64,000 nucleotides of DNA from assembly GCA_963702475.1 (NCBI GenBank), contig CAVPCT010000006.1, positions 64,001 through 128,000 of the forward strand, in the 5' to 3' direction. Under the pieces are notes generated by a model, which worked only from the letters and a program-made list of their open reading frames with translations, did no database searches and was not told the DNA's origin. This document shows, piece by piece, positions 50,496 to 59,780 of the stretch (position 1 is its first letter; the number at the start of each line of letters is the position of its first letter). The position numbers and the translations under genes are program-made. The stretch comes from an uncultured Thermoleophilia bacterium. GTDB lineage: Bacteria; Actinomycetota; Thermoleophilia; UBA2241.

Positions 50496-51257
50496 ATGGA
50501 CGTTCTCTCACGGCGCGAGACCATCATCGAACTGCTCCAGGAGCACGGCGAGGTGACCGTCGCAGAACTGAGCGAGCGCACCGGGGTCTCGCAGATGACC
50601 ATCCGCCGCGACCTCGAGGCGCTCGAGCTCGAAGGAGTGCTGCGGCGCGTGCACGGCGGCGCCATCGACCTCGCCATGCGCGGCTACGCGGCGCCCTACT
50701 CGGTGCGCGCCAAGCAGGCCGCGGACGCCAAGGCGGCCATCGGCAGGGCCGCCGCCGCCATGCTGGGGGAACGCGAGACCGTCGTGCTCGACGTGGGGAC
50801 CACCACGTTGCAGATCGCCCGCGCCCTGCACGACCGCCGCAACCTCACGGTGCTCACGCCCAGCCTGCACATCGCCAACGCGCTGGCCCGCTACCGCGGC
50901 ATCCGTCTCATGCTCACCGGCGGTCAGGTGACGGCCGGCGAGGGTTCCCTGGTCGGGGACATGGCCGAAGGGGCGTTCTCGCGCCTGCGCTTCGACACGT
51001 TCGTCATGGGCATCGGCGGCGTCGACCTCGAGTCGGGGTGCACGGAGTACAGCCTCGAAGACGCTCGGGTCAAGCGCGCGGCGCTCGAGTGCGTGCGCCG
51101 CTGCATCGTCGTCGCCGACAGCAGCAAGCTGGGCAAGGTCACCTTCGCGCAGATCTGCGATCTCGAGAGGGTCGACGTCCTGGTGACAGACAGCGGTGCG
51201 GCCCCCGAGGTCCTGGCCGCGCTGGAGGCTGAGCACGTGGAGGTGGTGGTCGTCTGA
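50496..51257 (+). CDS. DeoR/GlpR family transcriptional regulator
   Basis: VSQMTIRRDL, RVHGGA, LDVGTT, DSSKLG. Confidence 0.93.
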   Translation: MDVLSRRETIIELLQEHGEVTVAELSERTGVSQMTIRRDLEALELEGVLRRVHGGAIDLAMRGYAAPYSVRAKQAADAKAAIGRAAAAMLGERETVVLDVGTTTLQIARALHDRRNLTVLTPSLHIANALARYRGIRLMLTGGQVTAGEGSLVGDMAEGAFSRLRFDTFVMGIGGVDLESGCTEYSLEDARVKRAALECVRRCIVVADSSKLGKVTFAQICDLERVDVLVTDSGAAPEVLAALEAEHVEVVVV

Positions 51258-52078
51258 TGAGACGCATCCAGGAGTTGTTCGGAGACAGAAGACCCCTGAT
51301 AGCCATGGCGCACCTGCGGGCGCTGCCGGGCACCCCACTGTACGACGCCGAAGCCGGGTTGGCCGGGGTGGTCGACGCGCTTCGTGCCGACCTCGACATC
51401 ATCCTCGCCGCCGAGTTCGACGCGGTCCTCTTCTGCAACGAAGGAGACCTTCCCTATTCGTTCAAGGCGGGGTACGAGGGCGTGGCGGCCATGACGAGGG
51501 TGGTAACGGAGCTCGCGCCCAAGGACCGGCCCTTCGGGGTCGACTTCCTCTGGGACCCGCTGGCCGCCCTCAACATCGCCGCGGCCACGGGCGGATCGTT
51601 CATCCGCTGCGTGCCGGTCGGGCGGTACGAATCGGACATGGGGCTGTGGAGCACCGACGTGGCCGGGCTGCTGCGCGAACGGCGTCGCATCGGCGCGGAC
51701 GGCGTGGCCACGTTCATGAACGTCACACCCGAGTTCGCCAGCTCGCTGGGCACGCGCAGCGTCACCGAGGTGGCGCGGTCGGCGGTGTGGTCCAGCCTGG
51801 CCGACGCCATCCTCATCTCCGGCCCACGGCAGGCGACCGAGCCTGACATGACCGTGCTGGCGCAGGTCAAGGAGACGCTGTCGGGCGCCGCGCCCGTCTT
51901 CGCCAACACCGGCGCCAAAGCCGCCAACGTGGCCTCCTTCCTCGAGACGGCGGACGGCATCATCGTCGGCTCCGACCTCAAGCGCGACGGCTACACGTGG
52001 AACGAGGTCTCCGCCGACCGCGTCGCCGCATTCACGGCCGCGGCCGGGCGCCGGGTGAGCCAAGCGGGCGTGGCGTGA
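51257..52078 (+). CDS. BtpA/SgcQ family TIM-barrel protein
   Basis: MAHLRALPGTP, NEGDLPY, PFGVDFLWD, ANTG, DGIIVGS. Confidence 0.88.
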   Translation: MRRIQELFGDRRPLIAMAHLRALPGTPLYDAEAGLAGVVDALRADLDIILAAEFDAVLFCNEGDLPYSFKAGYEGVAAMTRVVTELAPKDRPFGVDFLWDPLAALNIAAATGGSFIRCVPVGRYESDMGLWSTDVAGLLRERRRIGADGVATFMNVTPEFASSLGTRSVTEVARSAVWSSLADAILISGPRQATEPDMTVLAQVKETLSGAAPVFANTGAKAANVASFLETADGIIVGSDLKRDGYTWNEVSADRVAAFTAAAGRRVSQAGVA

Positions 52079-53529
52079 GCGTCCTGCTCGGCATCGACGT
52101 CGGCACCACCGGCACCAAGGCCCTGCTGCTGGATCCCGACCGCGGCGTGGTGGCGGAGGCGGAGCGTCCCAGCACGCTGCACTCACTTCACGCAGGGTGG
52201 GCCGAGGAGGACACGGACGAGTGGTGGGCAAACGTCTGCGCCATCACCCACGAGCTGCTGGACGGGAGCGAGCAGGACGTCCTGGGCATCGGCGTGACCG
52301 GCATGGTGCCGTGCACCATCCCGCTCGACCAGCGCGGTGTGCCGCTCCGCTGGTCGATCCAGCAGAACGACGCCCGGTCAGTCGTCGAGGTCGAGGAGCT
52401 CCGCCGGCGGCTGGAGGGCGCGGAGGTGCTCGAACGGACGGGCTCGGCGATCACGCAGCAGTCCACCGGTCCGCGTCTTCTGTGGCTCGCCGAACACGAG
52501 CCAGACGTGTGGCGCCGCACGCGTACGCTCATGGGGTCGTACGACTTCATCACCATGCGGCTGTCGGGGGCCCGGTCCGTCGAGGCGAACTGGGCCCTCG
52601 AGACAGGGCTGCTGGAGTTCGCGCGCATGGACTGGGCCGACGACGTGCTGGAGGCGTGCGGCGGCCGCAAGGAGCTCCTGCCGCCGATCCGCCGCTGCGA
52701 CGAGGTCGTCGGAGCCGTCACGCGCGAGGCCGCCGTCGCGACGGGCATCCGTGAAGGGGTCCCTGTCGTGGCCGGCACCGCCGACCACATCGGGTCCACC
52801 TTCGCCTCCGGCGTGCTCGACGAGGGCGACCTGCTGGTCAAGCTCGGCGGCGCCGGCGACATCATGCTGGCGGTGGACGCGCCGTTCGTGGACGACAGGC
52901 TCTATCTGGACTTCCACCTGCTGCCCGGCCGTTTCGTCCTGAGCGGCTGCATGGCCACGAGCGGCAGCCTCATCAAGTGGTTCCAGCGCGAGTGCGCCGC
53001 GGGCGCCGGTCTCGCCCAGCTGGACGAGGAGGCCGCGGCCGTGCCGCCGGGGGCGGGCGGCGTCATCTGCCTCCCCTACTTCCTCGGCGAGAAGACGCCC
53101 ATCAACGATCCCGAGGCCACGGGGGCCTTCGTCGGCCTGCGGCTCACGCAGGACCGCGGCCACCTGTTCCGCGCCGTGCTCGAGGGCATCGCCTACGGTT
53201 TTCGCCACCACCAGGAGGTCTTCGCCGACCGCGGTCACCGGCCGCTGCGAGCCCGGGTCACCGACGGCGGCTCACGCTCCCGCGTGTGGACGCAGATCAC
53301 CGCGGACGTCCTGGGACTGCCGCTCGAGAAGGTGACGCTGCGCAGCGGGTCCGCCTTCGCCGCGGCGTTCTGCGCCGGGATGGGTGTGGGCGTGTTCACC
53401 GGGTGGCGCGACGTCGACCGCTTCGCCTCAGTGGACGAAGTCATCGAACCGCAGCACTACGACGTGTACGACCGCGGCTACCGGGCGTACCGGGAGCTGT
53501 ACCCGATGCTCAAAGGGGTCCTGCCATGA
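52075..53529 (+). CDS. FGGY carbohydrate kinase (xylulokinase-like)
   Basis: GIDVGTTGTK, NDAR, LPYFLGEKTP, RAVLEG, DGGSRS. Confidence 0.9.
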   Translation: MSVLLGIDVGTTGTKALLLDPDRGVVAEAERPSTLHSLHAGWAEEDTDEWWANVCAITHELLDGSEQDVLGIGVTGMVPCTIPLDQRGVPLRWSIQQNDARSVVEVEELRRRLEGAEVLERTGSAITQQSTGPRLLWLAEHEPDVWRRTRTLMGSYDFITMRLSGARSVEANWALETGLLEFARMDWADDVLEACGGRKELLPPIRRCDEVVGAVTREAAVATGIREGVPVVAGTADHIGSTFASGVLDEGDLLVKLGGAGDIMLAVDAPFVDDRLYLDFHLLPGRFVLSGCMATSGSLIKWFQRECAAGAGLAQLDEEAAAVPPGAGGVICLPYFLGEKTPINDPEATGAFVGLRLTQDRGHLFRAVLEGIAYGFRHHQEVFADRGHRPLRARVTDGGSRSRVWTQITADVLGLPLEKVTLRSGSAFAAAFCAGMGVGVFTGWRDVDRFASVDEVIEPQHYDVYDRGYRAYRELYPMLKGVLP

Positions 53530-54278
53530 GTGTGCTCGTCACCGGCGCCGGCAGCGGCATCGGCGAGGCCACCGCCCGCCTGCTGGCGCAGCGCGGCCAC
53601 GACGTGGCCGTCACCGACATCGACGAGGCGGCCGCCGCCAGGGTGGCCGGCGAGATAGGCGGCCTCGGGATGCGGCTCGACGTGACCAGCCGGGCCTCCA
53701 TCCGCGAGGCCATCGCGGCGACCGAGGCCGCGCTCTCGCCGCTCGAGGGCTGGGTGTCCAACGCCGGCGTGTCGTCGATGATCTCCTTTCTCGACATGCC
53801 CGACGAGGAGTGGCACCGCATGCTCGCCGTCAACGAATCGGGCGTCTTCTACTGCGGGCAGGAGTTCGCCCGTCACCTCGTGGCCGCCGGTCGGCCGGGC
53901 GCGATCGTCAACGTCGCCTCCATGGCCGCCAAGCAGGGCAACGTGCCGTACCTGTCGCACTACATCGCCTCCAAGTTCGCCGTGGTCGGGCTCACGCAGG
54001 CCATGGCGTACGAGCTGGGCCCCCACGGCATCCGCGTGAACAGCGTGTGCCCCGGGTGGGTGGCGACGTCCATGCAGGAGCGCGAGCTTGTGTGGGAGGG
54101 GGAGCTTCGCGACATGACGCCCGACGAGGTCAGGCAGTCGTTCATCGACAACACGCCGCTGGGACGTATCGAGACCGGCGACGACGTGGCGCGCACCATC
54201 GTGTTCTTGCTGGGACCAGACGCGGTGTTCGTGACCGGAGAGGCGCTGAACATCAACGGCGGCGCCTTCATGGACTGA
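53526..54278 (+). CDS. Short-chain dehydrogenase/reductase
   Basis: TGAGSGIG, NAG, YIASK, INGG. Confidence 0.92.
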   Translation: MSVLVTGAGSGIGEATARLLAQRGHDVAVTDIDEAAAARVAGEIGGLGMRLDVTSRASIREAIAATEAALSPLEGWVSNAGVSSMISFLDMPDEEWHRMLAVNESGVFYCGQEFARHLVAAGRPGAIVNVASMAAKQGNVPYLSHYIASKFAVVGLTQAMAYELGPHGIRVNSVCPGWVATSMQERELVWEGELRDMTPDEVRQSFIDNTPLGRIETGDDVARTIVFLLGPDAVFVTGEALNINGGAFMD

Positions 54279-54295
54279 GACAGGGGGACGGGGAC

Positions 54296-55891
54296 ATGGG
54301 TGAAGAAAGAGAGAAGTCGATCCTCCGCCGCGGGCTCACGCGGCGGGACGTACTGAAGGGCGCAGCCCTGGCGGGCGCGGCCTACACCGTGGGCGGCACG
54401 CTCCTCGCCTGCGGCGGCGGAGACGAGGAGCCCGCGAGCTCGCCCTCCGCGTCGGCCGCGGCCACGCCGAAGAGCGGCGGCACCATCAACGCGGGCATCA
54501 CCGGCGGCTCCAACTCCAACACGCTCGACGTGACCGCCGAGATCACCAACTCCGACGCGGCGCGCACCGTGATGTGCTACGAGGCGCTCGTGGAGATCAA
54601 GGCCGACGGCACCATGGAGTTCCTCCTGGCCGAGGACATGATCCCCAACGCCGACGCCAGCGAGTGGACCATCAAGCTGAAGCCCGACATCACGTGGCAG
54701 GACGGCAAGCCGTTCACCGTCGACGACGTGATGTACACGTACAACTACATCGCCAAAGAGGGTAAGAACGGCTCCGGCTTCCTCTCGGTCGTCGACCTGC
54801 CCGCCATGAAGAAGGTCGACGACCTGACGCTCTCGGTGCCGATGCTGCAGCCCAACAGCATCTTCATCCAGGTGCAGCCCACCTGGTTCCTCCCGATCGT
54901 GCCGGTCGACTGGGACCCCAACACGCCCAACGGCACCGGGCCGTTCAAGATCACCAGCTTCTCGCCGCAGCAGACCATCTTCGAGCGCAACGAGAACTAC
55001 TGGAACCAGCCGCTGCCGTACGTCGACAAGGTCGTCCTCAGCGAGTACGCCGACATCACGGCCCAGGTCAACGCGCTCCTCGGCGGCCAGGTCGACACCA
55101 TCAGCCTCATCACCTCCAACGAGATCGGCTCGCTCGAGAGCCAGGGCAAGAAGCTCGTCATCTCGCCCGGCGGCGGCATGAACCCGTTCACCATGAACAC
55201 CCAGGTCGCGCCGTTCGACGACGTCCGCGTGCGGCAGGCGATGCGGCTCATCATCGACCGTCCCCAGATGCTCGACCTGGTGTTCAAGGGCAACGGCACC
55301 CTGGGCAACGACGTCTTCTCCCGCTGGGATCCCGCGTACGACACGTCCATCCCGCAGCGCGAGCAGGACATCGAGCAGGCCAAGTCGCTGCTCAAGCAGG
55401 CGGGGCAGGAAGGCCTCACCGTGGAGCTCGTGACCGCCGACATCGCCATGGGCGTGGTCTCGTCGGCGCAGGTGTTCGCGGAGCAGGCCAAGGCGGCCGG
55501 CGTCACCGTGAACGTGCGCAAGACGACGGTGACCGACTTCTTCGGGCCCGAGTACCTGAAGTACCCGTTCGCCTTCGACTACTGGGGCTTCCAGTACTAC
55601 CTGCCCCAGGTGCAGTCGGAGCTGCTGCCCACGTCGCCGTACTGGGAGACCCACTGGGACGACCCGCGCACGCAGAAGCTGTACAAGCAGGCGCTGGCCA
55701 CCCCCGACGAGACGCAGCGCACGGAGATCTGCCACGAGATGCAGCTCATCGACCACGAGGAGGGCGGGCTCATGATCCCGTTCTTCCCGCCCGTCATCGA
55801 CGCCTCCATTCCCACGATCAACGGCACCCAGCAGAGCAAGGTCGGCGCCGCCTGGAACAACTTCGACTTCAAGAGCTACTGGCTGAGCTGA
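54296..55891 (+). CDS. Peptide/nickel-type ABC substrate-binding protein (family 5), Tat lipoprotein
   Basis: TRRDVLK twin-arginine motif, LLAC lipobox, GTGPF, PFDDVRVRQA. Confidence 0.9.
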   Translation: MGEEREKSILRRGLTRRDVLKGAALAGAAYTVGGTLLACGGGDEEPASSPSASAAATPKSGGTINAGITGGSNSNTLDVTAEITNSDAARTVMCYEALVEIKADGTMEFLLAEDMIPNADASEWTIKLKPDITWQDGKPFTVDDVMYTYNYIAKEGKNGSGFLSVVDLPAMKKVDDLTLSVPMLQPNSIFIQVQPTWFLPIVPVDWDPNTPNGTGPFKITSFSPQQTIFERNENYWNQPLPYVDKVVLSEYADITAQVNALLGGQVDTISLITSNEIGSLESQGKKLVISPGGGMNPFTMNTQVAPFDDVRVRQAMRLIIDRPQMLDLVFKGNGTLGNDVFSRWDPAYDTSIPQREQDIEQAKSLLKQAGQEGLTVELVTADIAMGVVSSAQVFAEQAKAAGVTVNVRKTTVTDFFGPEYLKYPFAFDYWGFQYYLPQVQSELLPTSPYWETHWDDPRTQKLYKQALATPDETQRTEICHEMQLIDHEEGGLMIPFFPPVIDASIPTINGTQQSKVGAAWNNFDFKSYWLS

Positions 55892-55917
55892 GCCGTCGAT
55901 GATGGAATGACGGCGGG

Positions 55918-56937
55918 ATGAGCACCAACGGCCAGGTGGCGGCCGCGCCCGAGACCCGGGCGCGGCCCAAGAAGGCGCACCCCTTCGCTGCGCTCATCGG
56001 GCGCCGCCTGGCCTTGGGCGTGGTCACGCTCTTCCTCGTCTCCATCGTCATCTTCGCGGCCACGACCGTGCTGCCCGGCAACGCCGCGTACGCGGTGCTG
56101 GGGCAGCACGCCACCCCCGAGCGTGTGGCCGCGCTCGAGGCCGAACTGGACCTGGACAAGCCGGTGGTGGTGCAGTACTGGAACTGGATCTCCGGCGTTC
56201 TGCAGGGAGATCTGGGCGAGTCGTTCGCCAACGGCGATCCCGTGGCCAAGCTCGTGGTGCCGCGGATCGCCAACTCCCTGGTGCTCGTCCTCCTGGCCGG
56301 CGCCATCGGCACGCTTATCGGCGTGGGCCTCGGCATCCTCGCCGCGGCTCGACGTGACGGCTGGCTCGACACCACCCTCTCGGTGATCGCGCTGGCCGTC
56401 ACGTCGCTGCCCGAGTTCGTCGTGGCCATCGGGCTGGTGATGCTGCTCGCCTCGCTGGTGCTCCACTGGCTCCCGGCGGTGTCGTTCATCCCGCCGGGCC
56501 AGTCGCCGTGGGCCGAGCCCGCGCTGCTCGTGCTGCCGGTGGCCACGCTCGTCGTCGTCATCGTGCCGTACATCTTCCGTATGATGCGAGGCGCCATGAT
56601 CGAGGCGCTCGAGAGCGACTACGTTGAGATGGCCAAGCTCAAGGGCGCCCGCCGCCGCCGCGTGCTCCTCGTCCACGCCCTGCCCAACTCCATCGCCCCG
56701 ACGATCCAGGTGATCGGACTCAACCTGCTGTACCTGGCGGGGGGCATCGTGGTGGTCGAGTACGTCTTCGCGTACCCCGGCATCGGCGCGGGGCTCGTGG
56801 ACGGCGTCTCGGCGCGGGACATCCCCGTGATCCAGTTCATCACGCTGGTGCTCGCCGCCTTCTACGTGTTCATGAACATCCTGACGGACGTGGTGGCGCT
56901 GCTCGCCTCACCGCGGCGAAGGCTGCCACGCTCGTGA
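55918..56937 (+). CDS. ABC permease (DppB/OppB)
   Basis: GDLGES, SLPEF, SDYVEMAKLKG EAA loop, PGIG. Confidence 0.92.
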   Translation: MSTNGQVAAAPETRARPKKAHPFAALIGRRLALGVVTLFLVSIVIFAATTVLPGNAAYAVLGQHATPERVAALEAELDLDKPVVVQYWNWISGVLQGDLGESFANGDPVAKLVVPRIANSLVLVLLAGAIGTLIGVGLGILAAARRDGWLDTTLSVIALAVTSLPEFVVAIGLVMLLASLVLHWLPAVSFIPPGQSPWAEPALLVLPVATLVVVIVPYIFRMMRGAMIEALESDYVEMAKLKGARRRRVLLVHALPNSIAPTIQVIGLNLLYLAGGIVVVEYVFAYPGIGAGLVDGVSARDIPVIQFITLVLAAFYVFMNILTDVVALLASPRRRLPRS

Positions 56938-57905
56938 AGCCGGCCGAAACGGCACCCGCGGCGCCCTCCGGCGCACGGACCGGCGACGGCACGAGCGCGC
57001 GCCTGCGCCGCCGCGAGTGGCTCGCGGTGCTCGCCGCCGCGGCGCGGAGCCGGCGCGGCAAGATAGGCCTCGGCGTCGGCCTCGCGGTGGTCGCCATCGC
57101 CGTGATCGGGCCGTTCGTGGCACCGTACTCGGCCACGGAGTTCGTGAGCTCCACGTTCGCACCGCCCTCCGGCGAGTACTGGCTGGGCACGGACGTCCTC
57201 GGCCGCGACGTGCTCACGCGCGTGCTGTGCGGCGGCTGGCTGCTCCTCATCGTGGCCGCCGCCTCGACCGCGCTCGGGGTGACCGTCGGCGCCCTCGCCG
57301 GCGTCATGGCGGCGTACTACCGGGGCTGGCGGGACGGCCTGATCATGCGCATAGTCGACATCGTCCTGGCCTTTCCCGCTATCGTCTTCGCCCTGCTGCT
57401 GGTCAGCATCGCCGGACCCAAGCTGTGGCTGGTCGTGGTCGCCGTGGCGGCCACGCACGCTCCCCAGGTGGCCAGGGTCATGCGCTCAGCCGCCCTGGAC
57501 ATCTGCGAGAAGGACCATGTGAAGGCCATGGAGCTCATCCGCCTGCCGTCCCTCAAGATCATCCGCGGCGAGATCGTCCCCAACCTGGTCACGCCGCTCA
57601 TGGTCGAGACCGGCCTGCGCATGACCTGGTCCATCGTGATCATCGCCGGTCTGAGCTTCATCGGGTTCGGCCTGCAGCCGCCGGCTCCCAACTGGGGCCT
57701 CATGCTCAACGAGAACCGCATCGGCCTCGTCAGCAACCCGTGGGGTGTGGCGGCGCCCGCAATCCTCATCGCGCTCCTCACCATCGGTCTCAACACCTTC
57801 ACCGACGCGGTGGCCCGCGTCTCCATCGGCGTGGAGCGGCCGGTCGGCGAGAAGGAGCTCCTGCAGGAACGGCTCATCGGGCGCCCGCTCGACTCTGTGG
57901 ACTGA
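56934..57905 (+). CDS. ABC permease (DppC/OppC)
   Basis: LGTDVLGRDVLTR, LSFIGFG..PNWGLML. Confidence 0.92.
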   Translation: MKPAETAPAAPSGARTGDGTSARLRRREWLAVLAAAARSRRGKIGLGVGLAVVAIAVIGPFVAPYSATEFVSSTFAPPSGEYWLGTDVLGRDVLTRVLCGGWLLLIVAAASTALGVTVGALAGVMAAYYRGWRDGLIMRIVDIVLAFPAIVFALLLVSIAGPKLWLVVVAVAATHAPQVARVMRSAALDICEKDHVKAMELIRLPSLKIIRGEIVPNLVTPLMVETGLRMTWSIVIIAGLSFIGFGLQPPAPNWGLMLNENRIGLVSNPWGVAAPAILIALLTIGLNTFTDAVARVSIGVERPVGEKELLQERLIGRPLDSVD

Positions 57906-57906
57906 C

Positions 57907-59748
57907 GTGCCGGGCTCACCCCGCATCGTCGTCCAGGGTCTGCGCGTGGTGCTCGCCGGCACGGCCGTGGACGTGGTCGACGCCGTCGACCTTTCCGTGG
58001 ACGCGGGGGAGGTGGTGGGACTCGTCGGCGAGTCCGGTTCGGGCAAGACCACGGTGGCGCTCACCCTTCTCGGCCACTGCCGCCGCGGTCTGTCGGTGGT
58101 CGCCGGCACCGTGGAGCTCGAGGGGCGCGACCTGCTCACGCTCGGTGAGGAGGAGTTGCGGCGCCTCCGCGGGCGCCGCGTCGCCTACGTGCCGCAGGAC
58201 CCCGCCAGTGCCCTCAACCCGTCTCTCAAGGTCGGCTACCAGTTGCGCGAGGCGCTCACGGTGCACGCCGGCGACGACCCCGGCCTGCCGGGCGCGGACG
58301 AGCGCATGGCGCAGGTCCTCGCCGAGGTCAACCTCGGCGCCGGCCCGGAGATCCTCGACCGCTATCCCCACCAGCTCTCGGGGGGCCAGCAGCAGCGCAT
58401 CGCCCTGGCGATGGCCTTCTCGTGCCGCCCCGAGCTCATCGTCCTGGACGAGCCCACCACCGGCCTGGACGTGGCCACGCAGCGCCACGTCCTCGATACG
58501 GTCCGCGGGCTGTGCAGCTCCTATGGCGTCGCCGCGCTCTACGTGACCCACGACCTGGCGGTCGTGGCCGAGATCGCCGACCGCGTGGCCGTCATGTACG
58601 CCGGTCAGCTCATCGAGCTCGGTACCACGAAGGAGGTGTTCGACACCCCCGGCCACCCGTACACCGACGGGCTCCTCAGGGCCATCCCCTCGCCCGAGAT
58701 CTGTCACGTGCTCGAGGGCATGGAGGGCCAGCCGCCGAGCCCGGGACGAAAGCCTGCCGGGTGCTTCTTCGAGCCGCGGTGCGGCTATGCCATCCCCGAC
58801 TGCGGAGCCGCGCCGCCGCCGATGGTGGCGCTTGGCGACGGCGGCCACAGCTCGCGCTGCATCCGCGCGCGGGAGCTTGTGCGCGTCTCCACGGGCGTGG
58901 AGAAGCTCGCCGCCGACCGCGAGTCGGCCGTGGGCAGAGCGGGCGGGGCACCGCTCCTCGACGTCACCGGCCTGGACGCGTTCTACAACGACGTGCCCGT
59001 GCTGTTCGACGTCGCGCTGACGGTGCCACGCACGTCGTGTGTGGCCGTGGTGGGCGAGTCCGGCTCGGGCAAGACCACGCTCGCACGCTGCGTGATCGGC
59101 CTGCACGGCAACTGGACCGGGCAGGTGAGCTACGACGGCGCGGAGCTGGGACCCCTCGCCAAGGACCGCGCCATGGACGTGCTGCGCTCGGTGCAGTACA
59201 TCTTCCAGAACCCGTACACCTCGCTGAACCCGCGCAAGACGGTGGGTCAGCTCGTCGAGCAGCCGCTGGCGCACTTCTTCAAGCTCTCCGTGCGCGAGCG
59301 CACGGAGCGTGTGGTGGCCACACTGGAGGCGGCCGCGCTGAGCGGGGACTTCCTCGGCCGCTATCCCGACCAGCTCAGCGGCGGCGAACGCCAGCGCGTC
59401 GCCATCGCCCGGGCGCTCGTGGTCGAGCCGAGCCTGCTCGTCTGCGACGAGGTGACCTCGGCTCTCGACGTCTCCGTACAGGCCGCGATCGTCGAGCTGC
59501 TCCGCCGGCTTCAGGAGGAGCGCGGCCTGAGCTTACTCTTCATCACGCACAACCTGGCCCTGGTCCGCAGCATCGCCCAGGAGGTGGTCGTGCTGCACGA
59601 GGGCCGCGTGGTCGAACGCGGCCCCACCGACACAGTGCTGTCGCACCCCGTGGACGAGTACACCATCAGGCTGCTCGAGGACGTGCCCAAGCTCACCTCG
59701 CTCGCCGAGACGACACCCGCTGCCTGCGTCACGCCTGCACCGGGCTGA
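57907..59748 (+). CDS. Double-domain ABC ATPase (DppD-DppF fusion)
   Basis: Two GESGSGKT Walker A motifs, two LSGG signatures, internal CFFEPRC..C..C motif. Confidence 0.92.
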   Translation: MPGSPRIVVQGLRVVLAGTAVDVVDAVDLSVDAGEVVGLVGESGSGKTTVALTLLGHCRRGLSVVAGTVELEGRDLLTLGEEELRRLRGRRVAYVPQDPASALNPSLKVGYQLREALTVHAGDDPGLPGADERMAQVLAEVNLGAGPEILDRYPHQLSGGQQQRIALAMAFSCRPELIVLDEPTTGLDVATQRHVLDTVRGLCSSYGVAALYVTHDLAVVAEIADRVAVMYAGQLIELGTTKEVFDTPGHPYTDGLLRAIPSPEICHVLEGMEGQPPSPGRKPAGCFFEPRCGYAIPDCGAAPPPMVALGDGGHSSRCIRARELVRVSTGVEKLAADRESAVGRAGGAPLLDVTGLDAFYNDVPVLFDVALTVPRTSCVAVVGESGSGKTTLARCVIGLHGNWTGQVSYDGAELGPLAKDRAMDVLRSVQYIFQNPYTSLNPRKTVGQLVEQPLAHFFKLSVRERTERVVATLEAAALSGDFLGRYPDQLSGGERQRVAIARALVVEPSLLVCDEVTSALDVSVQAAIVELLRRLQEERGLSLLFITHNLALVRSIAQEVVVLHEGRVVERGPTDTVLSHPVDEYTIRLLEDVPKLTSLAETTPAACVTPAPG

Positions 59749-59780
59749 GGCCCGGGCGCGCCGAAGAGGAGGGAGACCCG